A stretch of 63,965 bases of DNA, filler included, from Phoronis australis (lineage: Eukaryota > Animalia > Phoronida), in NCBI GenBank assembly GCA_002633005.1. It is 3 parts of 3 records of this genome, joined end to end, with 100 filler letters (N's around TTAATTAATTAA, not from the genome) between each part and the next. Parts side by side here need not be neighbours in the genome. Positions count along the whole stretch, not along the records: positions 1 to 24,847 come from NMRA01000009.1; 2 more parts are not named here. One strand, 5' to 3'. Numbering within the stretch: the first letter of the stretch is position 1; each line of letters begins with the position of its first letter. The notes under the pieces were generated by a model. It was given only the letters and a program-made list of their open reading frames with translations. It was not told the DNA's origin and ran no database searches. Both the position numbers and the translations under genes were made by a program. Below are positions 1 through 13,312 of the stretch, piece by piece.

Positions 1-243
1 ATCATCAATATAATGTACATGATGCTTACAACTGAGTGTATCATCAATATAATGTACATGATGCTTACAACTGAGTGTATCATCAATATAATGTACATGA
101 TGCTTACAACTGAGTGTATCATCAATATAATGTACATGATGCTTACAACTGAGTGTATCATCAATATAATGTACATGATGCTTACAAGTGAGTGGATCAT
201 CAATATAATGTACATGATGCTTACAACTGAGTGTATCATCAAT
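1..243. repeat. 39-bp minisatellite, ~6 copies (runs off window start)
   Basis: Unit atcatcaatataatgtacatgatgcttacaactgagtgt repeated near-perfectly. Confidence 0.95.
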
Positions 244-554
244 TTTAACTAGCAGGAATCCGGTGCTGGAGACAAACTTAATTTTACCCCGTCAGTGAAT
301 AACTCGGTAATGTGGCTTTCCATAATGTGTTCCTGAGGGAAGTGAAACAGTATACATTTTGTTTTGTCAACGTTAAGTGATACCTTATTAGTTGAGAGCC
401 ATTTAGACAGCTTAATTGTTTAATTCATTGTTACATTACCATTCACTGAGTTTCTTTGATTTAAAAATTTATCTCAAATTGCTCCTTACTTTGACATCAT
501 TTCTCAGTGGATTTTCCAAGATCTGACACTGAGTTACCTATTCGTTGAGACCTG

Positions 555-861
555 ATGCTCAGCGAGGTGTGACGCCGGCCTTGACCATGCTCAGCGAGGT
601 GTGACGCCTTGATCATGCTCAGCGAGGTGTGACGCCTTGATCATGCTCAGCGAGGTGCGACGCCTTGACAATGCTCAACGAGGTGTGACGCCTTCATGCT
701 CAGCGAGGTGACGCCTTGCCCATGCTCAGCGAGGTGTGACGCCCAGTTGACCATGCTCAGCGAGGTGTGACGCCCAGTTGACCATGCTCAGCGAGGTGTG
801 ACGCCCAGTTGACCATGCTCAGCGAGGTGTGACGCCTTGACCATGCTCAGCGAGGTGTCAC
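555..861. repeat. ~26-29-bp GC-rich minisatellite, ~11 copies
   Basis: Core catgctcagcgaggtgtgacgcc with variable linkers (ttgac/ttgat/cagttgac). Confidence 0.93.
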
Positions 862-1735
862 GACAAACGAATCGTTAGTTATATCGAAGCTCATAAATCA
901 CCTTTTGATTTGACTAAGCGGCCTTACGAAACCAATTTCACAACGCTAAGTGTTTTAAATCAAAAGTTTATGACGGGTAAACGTCTTTCATTATCATTTG
1001 AGAAATCAGACACATAACCCCAGACCATAAAACAAAATATAATTATCGGGTTTGTGCTCAGGCTTGAAGCTCACACCAACTCGACAAGGCTAATGTAATG
1101 CACCAGCGGCAACGCGTCAGTCAAGAAGATTCGTGCCAATCAGCATTTTCACGAAAGACGTCGCTCTAGTCGGTTGGCGACTGGTCTTACACGCAGTGTT
1201 GGCTTACGTAGTAAATGGCCAATCAGACAATAACAAAGTTGATGTGCCTGTGGCAGCTGGGTTGACACCTGTCGTTAATCCGGCAAAGTTGCTTGCCTGG
1301 AGAGCGGCTTGTGTTAGGTGATATGCACTTTTCGCCTTATCACACGTTTTTAATAACTTAAACGTTTTATAACCGTCGTTTATAAAGCACGGAAAAGTTC
1401 GTATTTATGCATCTAGGTCCTCCGACTGGAATTTGCGACTTTAAAAATTGAGAAAAAAACATACTCGGTGTTGATTCTACAGTGAACGAAATATTTGATT
1501 TTTTGTAGTTATAACCTGCCTTTCCTATCTTTTCTCAGTTGACAAAAACTACTTTGCTACATAGCTTGTTTAGCTGGCCGCACGCTTGGCCTATGCGTTT
1601 ATTTATACTGTTTACGTACGTCCCGCACTGGCTTGCAGTTGCATGTTGTGTTCATTGTAGTTTTTTCATTTTTATATTTATTTTACAACTCAAAAGCATT
1701 TGTCATATATTTTTCTCGTCTCTCGTAATGACCGT

Positions 1736-1829
1736 CTTAGTTACAGTTCCTTAGTTACAGTTCCTTAGTTACAGTTCCTTGGTTACAGTTCCTTAGTTAC
1801 AGTTCCTTAGTTACAGTTCCTTAGTTACA
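1736..1829. repeat. 14-bp tandem repeat
   Basis: (cttagttacagttc)n, ~6.5 copies. Confidence 0.93.
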
Positions 1830-2428
1830 CGTCACTCTCTCTTTTTTGTTTCGAACTAATTGAAGTAGTTTAGGTTCCAGTTTTAGTTCTTAGTCTCTTA
1901 CCGGTAGGGCCTGTGTCCTCTACGCACTGACTCGGTTTAAATATTTCATTTACAGACACCTGTTTGAGTTTGATATTGGTTTATTTGCCATGCTATTCAC
2001 ACCGATCTGTCGTTTCGTTTTTTGTACTATCTTCCCAAATTTTCCAGGCCTCTGATAAACGGCGCATCACTTGATTCGCCTCCTTTTCCGCTGCACGTCG
2101 CTCGCATTGTGCTTGAGTAATGATTTCTGTATATTGCTCCTAGAAATTGAAATGAATCCAAAAATGTGTTTGGATGAGTTGGGCTTTGTATTCTTGTCTT
2201 GTTGTTTATGACCAGAATTGTGTCTCGTAAACGCAAAAATGTTACCAGCAAATTTAGCTTGTGTGGTCACGTGGTTCCCGTGAAATGCATGGCGATATCT
2301 TACGGAGTCTTTTGTTTGTATTTCCACGAGGTTGCCGCGTTTACGGAACTCTGTCACGACTCCATTCATTTGGCTCGGACCTGACCGGCCATAATGCACA
2401 GAACATGATAATGATCTCATCCAATGAC

Positions 2429-2507
2429 TACCTGTCACTTCTTTACGAGACCTGTCACTTCTTTACGAGACCTGTCAGTTCTTTATGATACCTGTCAGTT
2501 CTTTATG
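2429..2507. repeat. 20-bp tandem repeat, 4 copies
   Basis: acctgtcacttctttacgag and variants. Confidence 0.9.
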
Positions 2508-2659
2508 AGTAGGTATCATTTTATCAGTACGTAAGTAAGTCAAGTGAAAAGATGATAGGACGGCCGAGGCGACAGATTCCACAAGTCTTTTGAAATTCAT
2601 CTAATAAATTTGACTCCAATCGGTGAAATTGTTCAGCAGCTGTAACGACGCGTAATGAC

Positions 2660-2790
2660 GCCGTTATTATCAATCGGCCCTACTATGTTTGTTATGAATC
2701 AAGCCGTTATTATCAATCGGCCCTACTATGTTTGTTATGAATCAAGCCGTTATTATCAATCGGCCCTACTATGTTTGTTATGAATCAAGC
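2660..2790. repeat. 43-bp tandem repeat, 3 copies
   Basis: gccgttattatcaatcggccctactatgtttgttatgaatcaa x3. Confidence 0.93.
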
Positions 2791-3178
2791 CCCAACTTCA
2801 CAACATGCTTCACTTCAGTAGCAGACTATGCCAGATAATGTCAAATAAACAGAACTGGCATTTCAAAAAGTGCTTATGAGTTATTTCAAAGTCTACGGCT
2901 GTTTCAGACACCAGCACATGTTTCAATTTGACTGAATGAACCATAAATCACCTGTACTCTGCAAAACATCTTACAAATTTACCCTTGGCGGATAGTTCTA
3001 CTGGAATGGGAACGTGACGTGTTTTTAATGTTCCTTTTCTGTATTGTTAGAACACAGGGACATCCAAACTGACTGAAGCGTGTAAACTCTGTTTCCAGCT
3101 CTCTACGATAGCATTTATTATGGTGACAATATGAATATCATTCACAGTTTCAGAATCATCAAGTGCACACTTTATCGG

Positions 3179-4069
3179 CTACAGATGCACAGACCACAAC
3201 ACAATCATTACAGTAATTATTCTAGAGTGACGTAAAGTACATCCGAACCCATATGCCACCATGGAAACACGATTGCTTCGCACCTTTTCAACGAAAGGCC
3301 GCCCGACGAGGTGGCAATAATACACATAGTGCCCACGATTAACAATGAGATTTGGATTATATAATAAAGTCAATTTTTGTGATATGTCGAATGTGCACAT
3401 GCTGTCATTTCGGCTCGCGACGATAGTTGGTCCTATTATCTCATATTTCGAAAAGTTCCGTGTAATTAATTGGGTAGGGGTAGCATTTGAAGACCCGAAG
3501 AGTGACCACCTTCTTGACCACTGGATGGACGGCGCGGGCTCCACACCTTGGGCACGACATGTGAGAACCGTAAAGTTGTTTTTGCTCACAAGAACCTTGA
3601 AAGGCACCTGTGTAACATTTCTGACGGTACATGCCGTGTCTATAGTCCAGTTCGAGTACGCTGTTGAGTAGACATTGACCCCATTGGGTATGACATCACA
3701 GCAATATGTCATTTCATCGCAAGATCTCAGCTTTTTTATATACAATGTTAGCCATATGTTACGTCTGTTTTGTCTAAATACATGCTTGATCACGAGAGAA
3801 TCTTTCCGCTTTGGTAGAAACACGGGTTCATTCCTCTGCACATCATAAGCAAAAATAAAATTGTCACTTGACGTTAGAATTGGGCATCTGCGTACCGTGA
3901 TGTTCAATACACTGTCCGATAATACATCAGATATGTTGCAATACATCGCTGAAGCATCCGTTTTGCCCAAAATTGTTGGAGGAGTTTCTAAAGTCACGAT
4001 GATGGCATCAATTGAAACAGGCAATCGCAGCAAAACTAATGTCCCACACAAAATGAGGAATATCGACAT
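3179..4069 (-). CDS. Intronless immunoglobulin-superfamily surface protein (signal peptide, V-like + C2-like Ig domains, probable GPI/hydrophobic tail)
   Basis: 296-aa ORF; hydrophobic N-terminus; domain 1 AMYC...LTLYIKKLRSCDEMTYCC (DxxxYxC); domain 2 VLTCRAQGVEPAPSIQWS...YVYYC; hydrophobic C-terminus IITVMIVLWSVHL with no cytoplasmic tail; several N-x-S/T sites. Confidence 0.85.
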   Translation of the reverse strand: MSIFLILCGTLVLLRLPVSIDAIIVTLETPPTILGKTDASAMYCNISDVLSDSVLNITVRRCPILTSSDNFIFAYDVQRNEPVFLPKRKDSLVIKHVFRQNRRNIWLTLYIKKLRSCDEMTYCCDVIPNGVNVYSTAYSNWTIDTACTVRNVTQVPFKVLVSKNNFTVLTCRAQGVEPAPSIQWSRRWSLFGSSNATPTQLITRNFSKYEIIGPTIVASRNDSMCTFDISQKLTLLYNPNLIVNRGHYVYYCHLVGRPFVEKVRSNRVSMVAYGFGCTLRHSRIITVMIVLWSVHL

Positions 4070-7000
4070 CCTCTTGTTTCAAAAAATATCCAACATGTCT
4101 GCCATTATTTGCGTGCATCTTTACGAAACGTTACGTGAGACTCAAATCGTAAACCACGTATCATACGCTTTCGCGTGTGGATTTTGCTCAAGTCTAAAAT
4201 TCATAGGCCCACTGACGCTATAGGAAATCGACTCCTTGCTCTCGTGCTTTTGTGAAAGCAAAATGTTAGCGCTAAATAAACTTCACGCTTATCACGAAAT
4301 ACCAAGCACCGCATTTGCCTTCAAACGATATAAAACTCAAAAAACAAGTTAACTGTAAATAAGAAGCAGTTGCCTTGACACCGTAACGTACGAAGCACAG
4401 GGAAATCGTTTTTGGAGCGAAATGAGCATTAGGTAGCATGTCTCTTTATTGCACGAAACGAAAGATGTTCGAGAGACACTGAATTTGAAGGTTTTTTCAA
4501 TGATAAGACAAAAGGCAACGACAAGAGGAATTAAGTTACGACTCGATAAAATGAAAACAGACGCACTTGTTCTTTTCAACAGTGTATGGGGACTAATCGA
4601 AATCGAGCTCAAAAATATTTTTGACATTCTGTGTCAGTCTACTTTTGTGCGATTTCAAGACGAGTGTTTATTATTTAAGAGCACGTTCAAAGAAAGCGGC
4701 TTAACTTCATTTTGACTTAGATCTAAGATTTGTCTCAACTTCCAAACTTTGAAACCACATCCGATAAGTTAGTCAAAATTACGGCGCGTTGAGTTTCGGA
4801 GCGCGCTGCTGAATCGACGGTTCCGGATATGAAGTTGTCCAATCTAGCCAATGGAAATATTTCGCTGCATCACGTGTTATAGATAATACGCAAAGCTAGC
4901 AGATACCCGTGTACGGCTGCCCAGCAACATACGTTTTGGTTCGTTCACGACCAAGCAACCCACAAACAAAAGTAAGTGTCAACATGCACCAAACAAAATG
5001 GAGGTTAATTAACAAAACTTAATGTGCAAAAAATTCTTGAGGCGCACACAATTATTTCGCTACTTAATCGATTTTGAACTCTACGTTAGGCGTCAGCCAG
5101 CGTCACGAGGGACAAATTAGCCAAAAACATAGCGGAAATTAAATATGCAACCTGTTTGTAAATAAGTTTTTTATAGAAGAGGCTGTAGGCACCCTCACCA
5201 GTATGCCTTCATCCGGAGGAAAATTTGTGACTACAGAAATTACAAGATTTGTGAATCTGCATTTTCCTGCAACTGTTAGTTATTAACTTGCTTCGTTGGT
5301 TTATGAAAATTGCAAGAGATAAGACATAAATAACACTCCACACGTACACTTGCCTTGTTGATTTCTTCTCACAAGCTGTGACTTTCCAAGTCATTAACGG
5401 ATTCTTTAGGTGATCTCTCTCGACTACCTGTCAATTTGGTTTTCACTTGAGAAGTCTTCGTGAACTATGGAAAAATATTGAATATTACGTCCATCCTTTG
5501 TTACGCTAGTCGCATGTTCTCAGTACTATCGTGTGGAGAATTTCTCGCTTACGCTGGTCACCGCTCTGATTCCCTAAGCCCAAGACAACTTTTACGATGC
5601 CTATTCAGCACGCCCTTTGTATTGAAGGAGATCTGAGCTAATGAAGTGGAAAGGTAATTGCTCGCATTACTGTCTCAACAATGATTGTTGTTAGTACCCC
5701 CAATTTGGTTGTCTCCGACATTTGCAGAGTTACAGCCTGCAACTCTGGAGAGTAGTTTTAACTTGGTACATTATAAATATTACAAAATGACTAAAAAGGT
5801 TAATTTGTGTTTATCTTCACAAAGGGCCACTTCCCAAAGGAACGATAAGTTTCATATTGGTTTTCTTTATTTAATTTTTAATGCTTCTGCCCACTTGTTT
5901 TTTTCTTACCGGGAACGGGTTGATAACTTTTTATCTAAGTTTTGAACTTGAAGTACCAAAACTGGTAGATTTTGATCGCCAGCTAAACTTAATTAGTTAA
6001 GTTCATTGTGAGCCCATCCCTAAATTTACCACATTACAGGTACACTAAACATTTCACGTTTCACGTGTCATTTAAGTTTAATCTTTATTAGAACTCAAAT
6101 CATAAAATATATACAAAAGTGCAAATATGGTGACAACCAAACTGAATATTTGGGATCTTTGGACAATTTCGGTGGCACTGACTATATAACTATTCTAGCT
6201 CTTTGTCAGTAATAAAAAATGAAGAGTGAGCAGAACAACTGTTTCCTGGTCAAAAATCTGGTTAAACGAGATTGAAAGAATATTAAAAATGAATCCATGT
6301 GATATTGTTAACTCTGATCAGCGTTTGTATATCCACCGAGTACATCAATACGCGCGGTAGTTTATCTTCAATCGTACCCAATGGTTGTAATTTTTAGATT
6401 ATTAGTTCATCGATTTTTAAAAATCGAAAACTGCACTTGGTTGTTGTTTTTTTTTGCAGCTGAATACCGCCGTGGTGTTCGTTTACAACGAAAATTAGCG
6501 GTTAATGCATTTTGAAAATTTGTCATTATGTAGAGTCAAAAATGTCTAAAGGGCCTTTCATACTAACGTCGGCGCGTCGATGGTTTGGGGAGTTGCGGTC
6601 AGTATGAACGTGACTTCCTTGTAAGCGTATTATTCAGGGCATCATTTACAATGCCACTCGTGGAATGCATCGCTTGTCAACTCGGATCTCACGTAGCAAA
6701 ATTCTCATAAAAGCCTGTTTTATGACTATTTGGAATAGCTATTTCAAGGCATGGCACAAATGAGTGCACGTGTATCGTAAATATACTTATGGACTCAGTG
6801 AGAAAGAATTTGTCGGATTTTCTCTGTGTGCCAGTGTTCGATACATGTAGACGGGACATATCTCCGAACGGTAAGTGAAGGCATATTTATGTGTCTGGGC
6901 TACAGGTAGACAGTACTATACCGTCTCAACTGGCAGTAGAGACGGTGGCCATCTTATAGGTCCTCCATACGTCAGAAGCTTTTCGGCGAATTATGCCTCA

Positions 7001-7138
7001 CACTACCAAAGTGATTTTGCTATAAGTACCTTTTGCGCATAGGAAACCGCTGATGTCAACTCTTCCCAGCTAGTCAAAAATTTTTTCGAACAGTTCTTCG
7101 TTCCGTTACCAACTGAAGTCGGCAACTGGCGATTTTTA

Positions 7139-7188
7139 CACTGCTCGCGCCAGGGGATATGGCGTCACATCCCCTGGCGCGAGCAGTG
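7139..7188. repeat. Perfect 20-bp inverted repeat with 10-nt spacer
   Basis: cactgctcgcgccaggggat / atcccctggcgcgagcagtg. Confidence 0.9.
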
Positions 7189-7266
7189 ACGTTATTAAAG
7201 CGCATTAAAACTCTTACTTTCTGTCACAAATAAGTTTCAATTTAGACCACTTACTGTTACAAAGTT

Positions 7267-7470
7267 GGTCTCAAATTGTTCCTTACTCGCCGTCACGTGA
7301 TGACCTTGTCTCAAATTGTTCCTTACTCGCCGTCACGTGATGACCATGTCTCAATTTTTTCCTTACTCGCCGTCACGTGATGACCTTAATTGTCTCAAAT
7401 TTTTCCTTACTCGCCGTCACGTGACGATCTTGTCTCAAATTGTTCCTTACTCGCCGTCACGTGATGACAT
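7267..7470. repeat. ~40-bp tandem repeat, 5 copies
   Basis: gtctcaaattgttccttactcgccgtcacgtgatgacctt variants. Confidence 0.92.
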
Positions 7471-8278
7471 TGGTCTAGAATAATAAAGAGCTATCAGTTC
7501 TTTCCAAACCAACACATCACATAAAAAATTTGTAATTATGAATTTTTCTTAAGGACAAACATGCAGAAGAGATCATCGATGTTTGTATGTTGTCACACGG
7601 CAAGTTTCAAAACGGTTAATTCAGAGCATTGCAAATTTCTTCGAAAACCTTGGAAATCCAAAACCGATACATAAAAGCCAGCTTCTGTAAGAACAACTTA
7701 CTTCTGACTAAGCGCAAACATGAGACACGGGACCGTTGGTGGAGTAGGAATTCATTCTTTTGTCCAATAGAAACAATTGAAAACCCCCCTCCCGCCGCAC
7801 CCCTTAAAGGGTAATATACGAATAAATGTAGGCTTATAACTACAACTAGACATAACTGTACAGACTTTCCAACCATTTGAACAACAAAAACTTTTGAAAT
7901 GAGAGATTTTCGGATTCTTGTAGGCTTGAGGCTGCTGTGTGCTTAATTTGAGACTAAAGTCTTACCAAAACAAAAGCGAAAAGCAATGTGCATTAGAAGC
8001 TTCCGCCAGCTTTTTATAGCGGCTTCCTCTGAACTGCTTGTTATCCCAAAGCTGAAGTGGGCGGCTGCCACTTATAACTAACTGCTTGCTATCCCAAACT
8101 GAAGTGGGCGGCTAAACAGCCGATTGGTTCACCAGCATGCACGTGAACGCAGTTTAATGAAAGAAGTCTGTTCGAAATAAAAAAGAAATAAGCCTATGAC
8201 GTCACAGTTTTATTGGCTACTTGTTTTTCGTTAGCAAATTAAAGCTGCATTTCACCGCCGCTCCATCATGAGATTGGG

Positions 8279-8612
8279 TTGGGATGAGTATCTTAGTAGC
8301 GCTACAGCAGATAAGGTATTATGTTGGGATGAGGATCTTACTAGCGCTAGAGCAGATAGGGTATTATGTTGGAATGAGTATCTTGGTAGTGCTCCATCTG
8401 ACAGGATATTATGTTGGAATGAGTATCTTAGTAGCGCTACAGCAGATAGGGTATTATGTTAGAATAAGTATCTTAGTATCGCTCCAGCAGATAGGGTATT
8501 ATGTTGGAATAAGTATCTTAGTATCGCTACAGCAGATAGGGTATTATGTTGGAATGAATATCTTAGTATCGCTACAGCAGATAGGGTACCATTTTGGAAT
8601 GAGTATCCTAGT
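8279..8612. repeat. 45-bp minisatellite, ~7.5 copies
   Basis: ggRatgagtatcttagtagcgctacagcagatagggtattatgtt variants. Confidence 0.93.
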
Positions 8613-9001
8613 AGCCAGTCTTGCTTTGTTTAGATTTTGTGTTTGTGAGCTCTTTATTGTCACAGCTCTTGTTTCCCACTGTCTTCAATGTGTAATCACC
8701 TTGAAATTGCAGTTTTAGACCTCCGAAGATTTAACCTTTATGCAATCATCCACGTTTTCCTAGGACGTGTTACTACGTTCGCACTAGCAGAGCACATAAT
8801 GATCCTAATGAAACCCACTAAACCTGTTCCTATTGTCAAACTGTACAATATGCCCTCACTTTACGTAGTACGCTCAGCAACGCAATATCCGCCTCTATGG
8901 CTTGCCGTCAACGCCGGGGCGGGCATCAATGTGGAATTGAATGTAAAATATGATTGCTGTGTAGAGGGAACCAGTTTGTGCACTTATTCGGAATGACAAT
9001 C

Positions 9002-9298
9002 CATAGGCGGACTTAGNTGCCTGCCGCAAGCAAAATGAAACAGCAACAACGCGAAGCGTGAGGAAATATTGAGGTCAGTAAGTAAGTGTGGTAGAGGATG
9101 AGGGGGGCTCAAGACCCCAGATCGCGGGGGTATCGTGTTCCCGTTTTTTTCTAAGTCCACCGATAGATTTTGCGAACATGAAGTGTGCACATAACTGGCC
9201 CCCGCAACTTTCGGGCCGCCTGTGCATACAATGGCGCTTCGCCCAATCCCCCAAGGCAACATGTTGGGCCCCCTTATGTTATCCTAGATCCGCTACTG
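9002..9298. mobile_element. MITE-like dispersed repeat; second copy at 41569-41713
   Basis: Imperfect TIRs cataggcggacttag / ctagatccgctactg; its reverse complement aligns with cagtggcggatctaggata...ggcggcccaaaagttgc at 41569. Confidence 0.65.
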
Positions 9299-11784
9299 CA
9301 GTCTGCGTTGCTCAGTTACTCGATATTATTTTTATGACCAATAATGAACTAGAATAGATCAGAGCCGTCTAGTCTCTGCAAGGAACTATTCCAGGGTGAT
9401 CCAAGCGCACAATGTTTCCGCGCGAGAAGTACGAAAGTACTCTGGTACACGTGGTAGATCTTCTTCTGCCGTGGTAACCAGCCATCAGGGCAAATTTCCA
9501 GGATCATGGCAGGACGTATGCTATAGCAGTATTTTACCAACCGTGGAGTAGTAGAGTTCCACTTTGCTTTTCAGGAAACAGTTCGTTTTTATTATAACTG
9601 CTCTTTCAAATATCCGTAACATCCCGAAGCTTGTAGATAATATAGAGTTTTTTATTGTGAACTTTTAAAAGAATTTATACACTCTTTAAAGAATTAATAA
9701 ATTTCAAGTTGAGCGTAGGTCTTTTATTGTCACAGCTGCGGGCAGTTTCGTGACATCAAAATAGGGTTAACCAAAATGAAGAGTAATACTTAATTTTTGA
9801 GGGAAATGAATTTTCTTGTCAAATTTAAAATTAAAAAAATTGGCGGAAGCAACTGCTTTTAAGGTCGTTACTGTTACAATCAACAATTAGCCTCTGTTTT
9901 GGTGGAGACAGTCTATTGCCAAGACAGGCCTTGTTTTTATGTGGGTATTGTTTTTGACATTGAAACTGCATTGTTATATTGGTTATTTATTATAGAAAGG
10001 TGATGGGTGCGTTTTAACACTTTTGTGAATGTTGAACAGGGTGTAGCTAAACGTATAAAAATAACTTTGACAAAGTATTTGTAACTAAGTATATAACAAA
10101 CTAACAGCGAAACATCAGTCAGAATTCTATGTCGATGTCTTTAAACCTGTTATTACAGAACATTAACAACCGCAAATCTTGGTCTCATTTATATGCAGTA
10201 AGTCTCGGAAAATAGTATGTCGTCAACATTTGCACTTTGTACATGTTTCTGTGAACTCATAAAATTTAATTCATTTAACTACTCCCAGCTGTTTTGATAA
10301 AACGCTAAAATAGTCACAGTTTGAAACAAACCTGTTATTTTTACACACATCGTGCGACTAAAACTCGACAGCATACCTTTCTGTGTTTCTAATCAAACAA
10401 AGTTGTTTGTCAGTCTTCAAAGCAAATTGAACTAATGATTCCTTTCTCGTTTCAAAGTGTATTGAAATTGCTTTAAAGTGGCGTTTTCTCCCCTTTCATA
10501 CTAAGGTGGTCTCAGTATTTTCGTTGCCACGATGGAAACATTGTTTTCTACTTTCGAAACAAATTGAGAGCTCTGAGATCGAAATTAAGGTTAGAAAACC
10601 CAGGCAAAATGCTCCTATAACAGCATCGATAGTGTCCAGCGTATATGTTGTAGGCTTACCATTGAACTGTCCAGCGTATATACAGTAGGCTTATCAATGA
10701 ACCTATGCTGTTGTAAACATCCTTTTATCTAAATATTTTATGGAGAACGTTTTGAGAATTTTAAGTAAAAAAGAATATAGCACTCGTGGCCCTGCTAGTT
10801 CCGACAATAATACTAATTATATTGTGTACAATCATCCGACAGTCACGTGATTAAGTTTTCAATTGGCAGTTTTGAATGTCTTGAGAATTAGACCCTAAAA
10901 TGAGAAATTGGTAATGTTAGCTCTCTCACTAACCTATTCTGGGTCACGTGTCCATTTTCAAGTACAAACTGTATATGCTTGTGTCTCCATGATTCACACG
11001 TCAACTTTCTCTGGCTATTCTGACACTTGTCAGCCACAGGTTGATTGAGCTACGCTGAACAGGTTTGTTAATGTTGACTGTTTGCATCACATTTATTGTA
11101 CCTTGAAAATAGTGGCTTTCTACACGGTTGACTGATTTCGTTAAAGAACGGCGGTTTGCCATGTGTAAAAATATAACAGCTGTGTAGCGTGACTAGCCTC
11201 CACTGCCTTTGCCCTTGTTATTTGGTTGATACATTTCCAACATAAACTGTATTCGATCTACAGGTACTAGTTTCAGATCTGCAATTTCCATCAAGCGACA
11301 TTGCATTGTGTACGTTGGTACAATACATGAAACTCGTGTGAAAAGCAAAATCTGTTATGGTAAATTAGTACTTCTAGAGATAAGGTCACTGAAATGATTT
11401 TGATTGTTTTTAAAGTGATTATAAACCAACGTTCTGACAACAAACTTTTGATTTAGACCACTAAACTTTGCTGCTACAACAATTGGTCTCAATCAGTTCT
11501 TTATTCAGATGAGAAGGGCTTGCTAGCTTTGAAAAGAAAGAACAGAGTTCATTATTCCTTGAGACTACGCTCGGTGCATAAACTGACCCGTCATGACCAA
11601 GTCAACCTGTAGAACCTGGTCTCAAATAATAAGGACTGGAGTCCTGAAAACACGTCTGAAGAACGGTAAATAGTTTGGTGGTCAAGACGGTTTTATAGCA
11701 TGAGTTAATTGGATAACACAACTGAACATTTGATAACACATCTAAGCGCAATTATTTTAATAGTTTCTGAAAGTTAAAAGTCAT

Positions 11785-12011
11785 GTGAACCATCAGTGTG
11801 TGTGAACCATCAGTGTGAACCATCAGTGTGAACCATCAGTGTGAACCATCAGTGTGAACCATCAGTGTGAACCATCAGTGTGAACCATCAGTGTGGACCA
11901 TCAGTGTGGACCATCAGTGTGGACCATCAGTGTGGACCATCAGTGTGGACCATCAGTGTGGACCATCAGTGTGGACCATCAGTGTGAACCATCAGTGTGA
12001 ACCATCAGTGT
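11785..12011. repeat. 13-bp minisatellite, ~17 copies
   Basis: (tgtgaaccatcag)n with an internal block of the tgtggaccatcag variant. Confidence 0.95.
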
Positions 12012-13224
12012 GTGGAAGGCTTCGATTTACGGTAAAGTGTCTCCATTTAGGAAACGATATGGCGGACAGACATGTGAATGGTATTTTTTCCTTTTTCATA
12101 AAAGACAAATAACACCAAATAAATATTTTGTCAATCGTTTTTAGTTCTATACCATAGCTACTTGTTTTGAGAAATTGTGGACATTTGCGACATTGTTTGA
12201 AACTTTTACAAAATGAGAAAAAGTAAACTTTGGCAACTATTTTTGTTTGAAATTGGTGATAATCGATATCGTACTTGAATAACTCGAATGATTAGTGATG
12301 ATTATTCGCCACTGTTATGGCACGATTTGGACCCAAAACAGGGATAGAAATGTACATTCACATAACACATTTTTGCAGTTCTTGGATTTTTTCCAATTCA
12401 GTTAACCACGGGAATAGTGTGTTTGGATTAATCGGTTAATTCTGACCACGCCTTCACCTATTGTTTGCTCCCGGGGGAAATGAGAAAGATTAATATTGAC
12501 CAGCCTCCCGTTTAGTAACACTAGGACCTCGCTAAAAAGCAAGACTGCGAGATTATGTGAGATATTGCCGTGTATTTTAAACGAGATCACATGACTTTGG
12601 ATACATTTTAACTAGGTCCTAGCGTAGGTCCTAACGTTACTGAAAGCACGCCAGGTCTCTAGCCAGGTAATAAGTTGCTTAGTAATTTAAAACGCTGCGT
12701 AAATCTGGCCTAATGATTATTTTTTTTTAAGTTTTGCTTTTTAATTTTATTTGACTGGGTCCAAAATGTCACTATCATATACTAAATAAGCGAATAAATT
12801 CCTACGTTTAAAATTTCCAGAAATACCGTAGTTAACTCAGATGGAATGGTGGAAGAGTCGTTATTAACCGGTCAGTGATTTAGAACTTCACCTCCAGTCA
12901 GATCATGCATCTTTTTAAACTTGAAGATGAATGGCTTCCATGTGTTAACAGCACGTGACGGAGTAATCCCAAAGACACTGGTCACGTGACATGGCATGCT
13001 CGTGGGACAGAGTTCCTATTTTTGTAATTCCAGTTGTTTTCGTAACACGTTGTCTAATTACGCCAATCACTGGCAGCGTCGATATGCCGCATCTGCTCTT
13101 GTCGGTGTTCCCGTAAGCGTATTTAAATTCTCACTGGGCAACAATGCACTGCAAGCAACGCTATGACGTTCTCAGTGAACAACTCGTCTTTCAAGAACTC
13201 CTTAGCAAGTATTCAGATGGTAAA

Positions 13225-13312
13225 ATGATAAATACTCCGTTCTTCAGATTTACTTGCTTGCCCTGCGTCATAATAATAACTGCAACGAGTTTCATGAAAG
13301 TGGAAAATGCTG
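13225..13312 (+). CDS. MAM-jacalin-metalloprotease gene, probable exon 1 (signal peptide)
   Basis: MINTPFFRFTCLPCVIIITATSFMKVENA-G|gtaagt; phase-1 donor compatible with exon at 15083. Confidence 0.6.

Noticed and set aside
13-252. Repetitive ORFs (also 8268-8718, 11867-12112, 14297-14724, 32204-32638)
   Set aside because: Translations of tandem repeats
555-861. CRISPR-like array
   Set aside because: Repeats are head-to-tail with no unique spacers, there are no cas genes, and the context is eukaryotic
2027-2488. Overlapping ORFs up to 123 aa
   Set aside because: No domain, no clear splice chain, and they start in a tandem repeat
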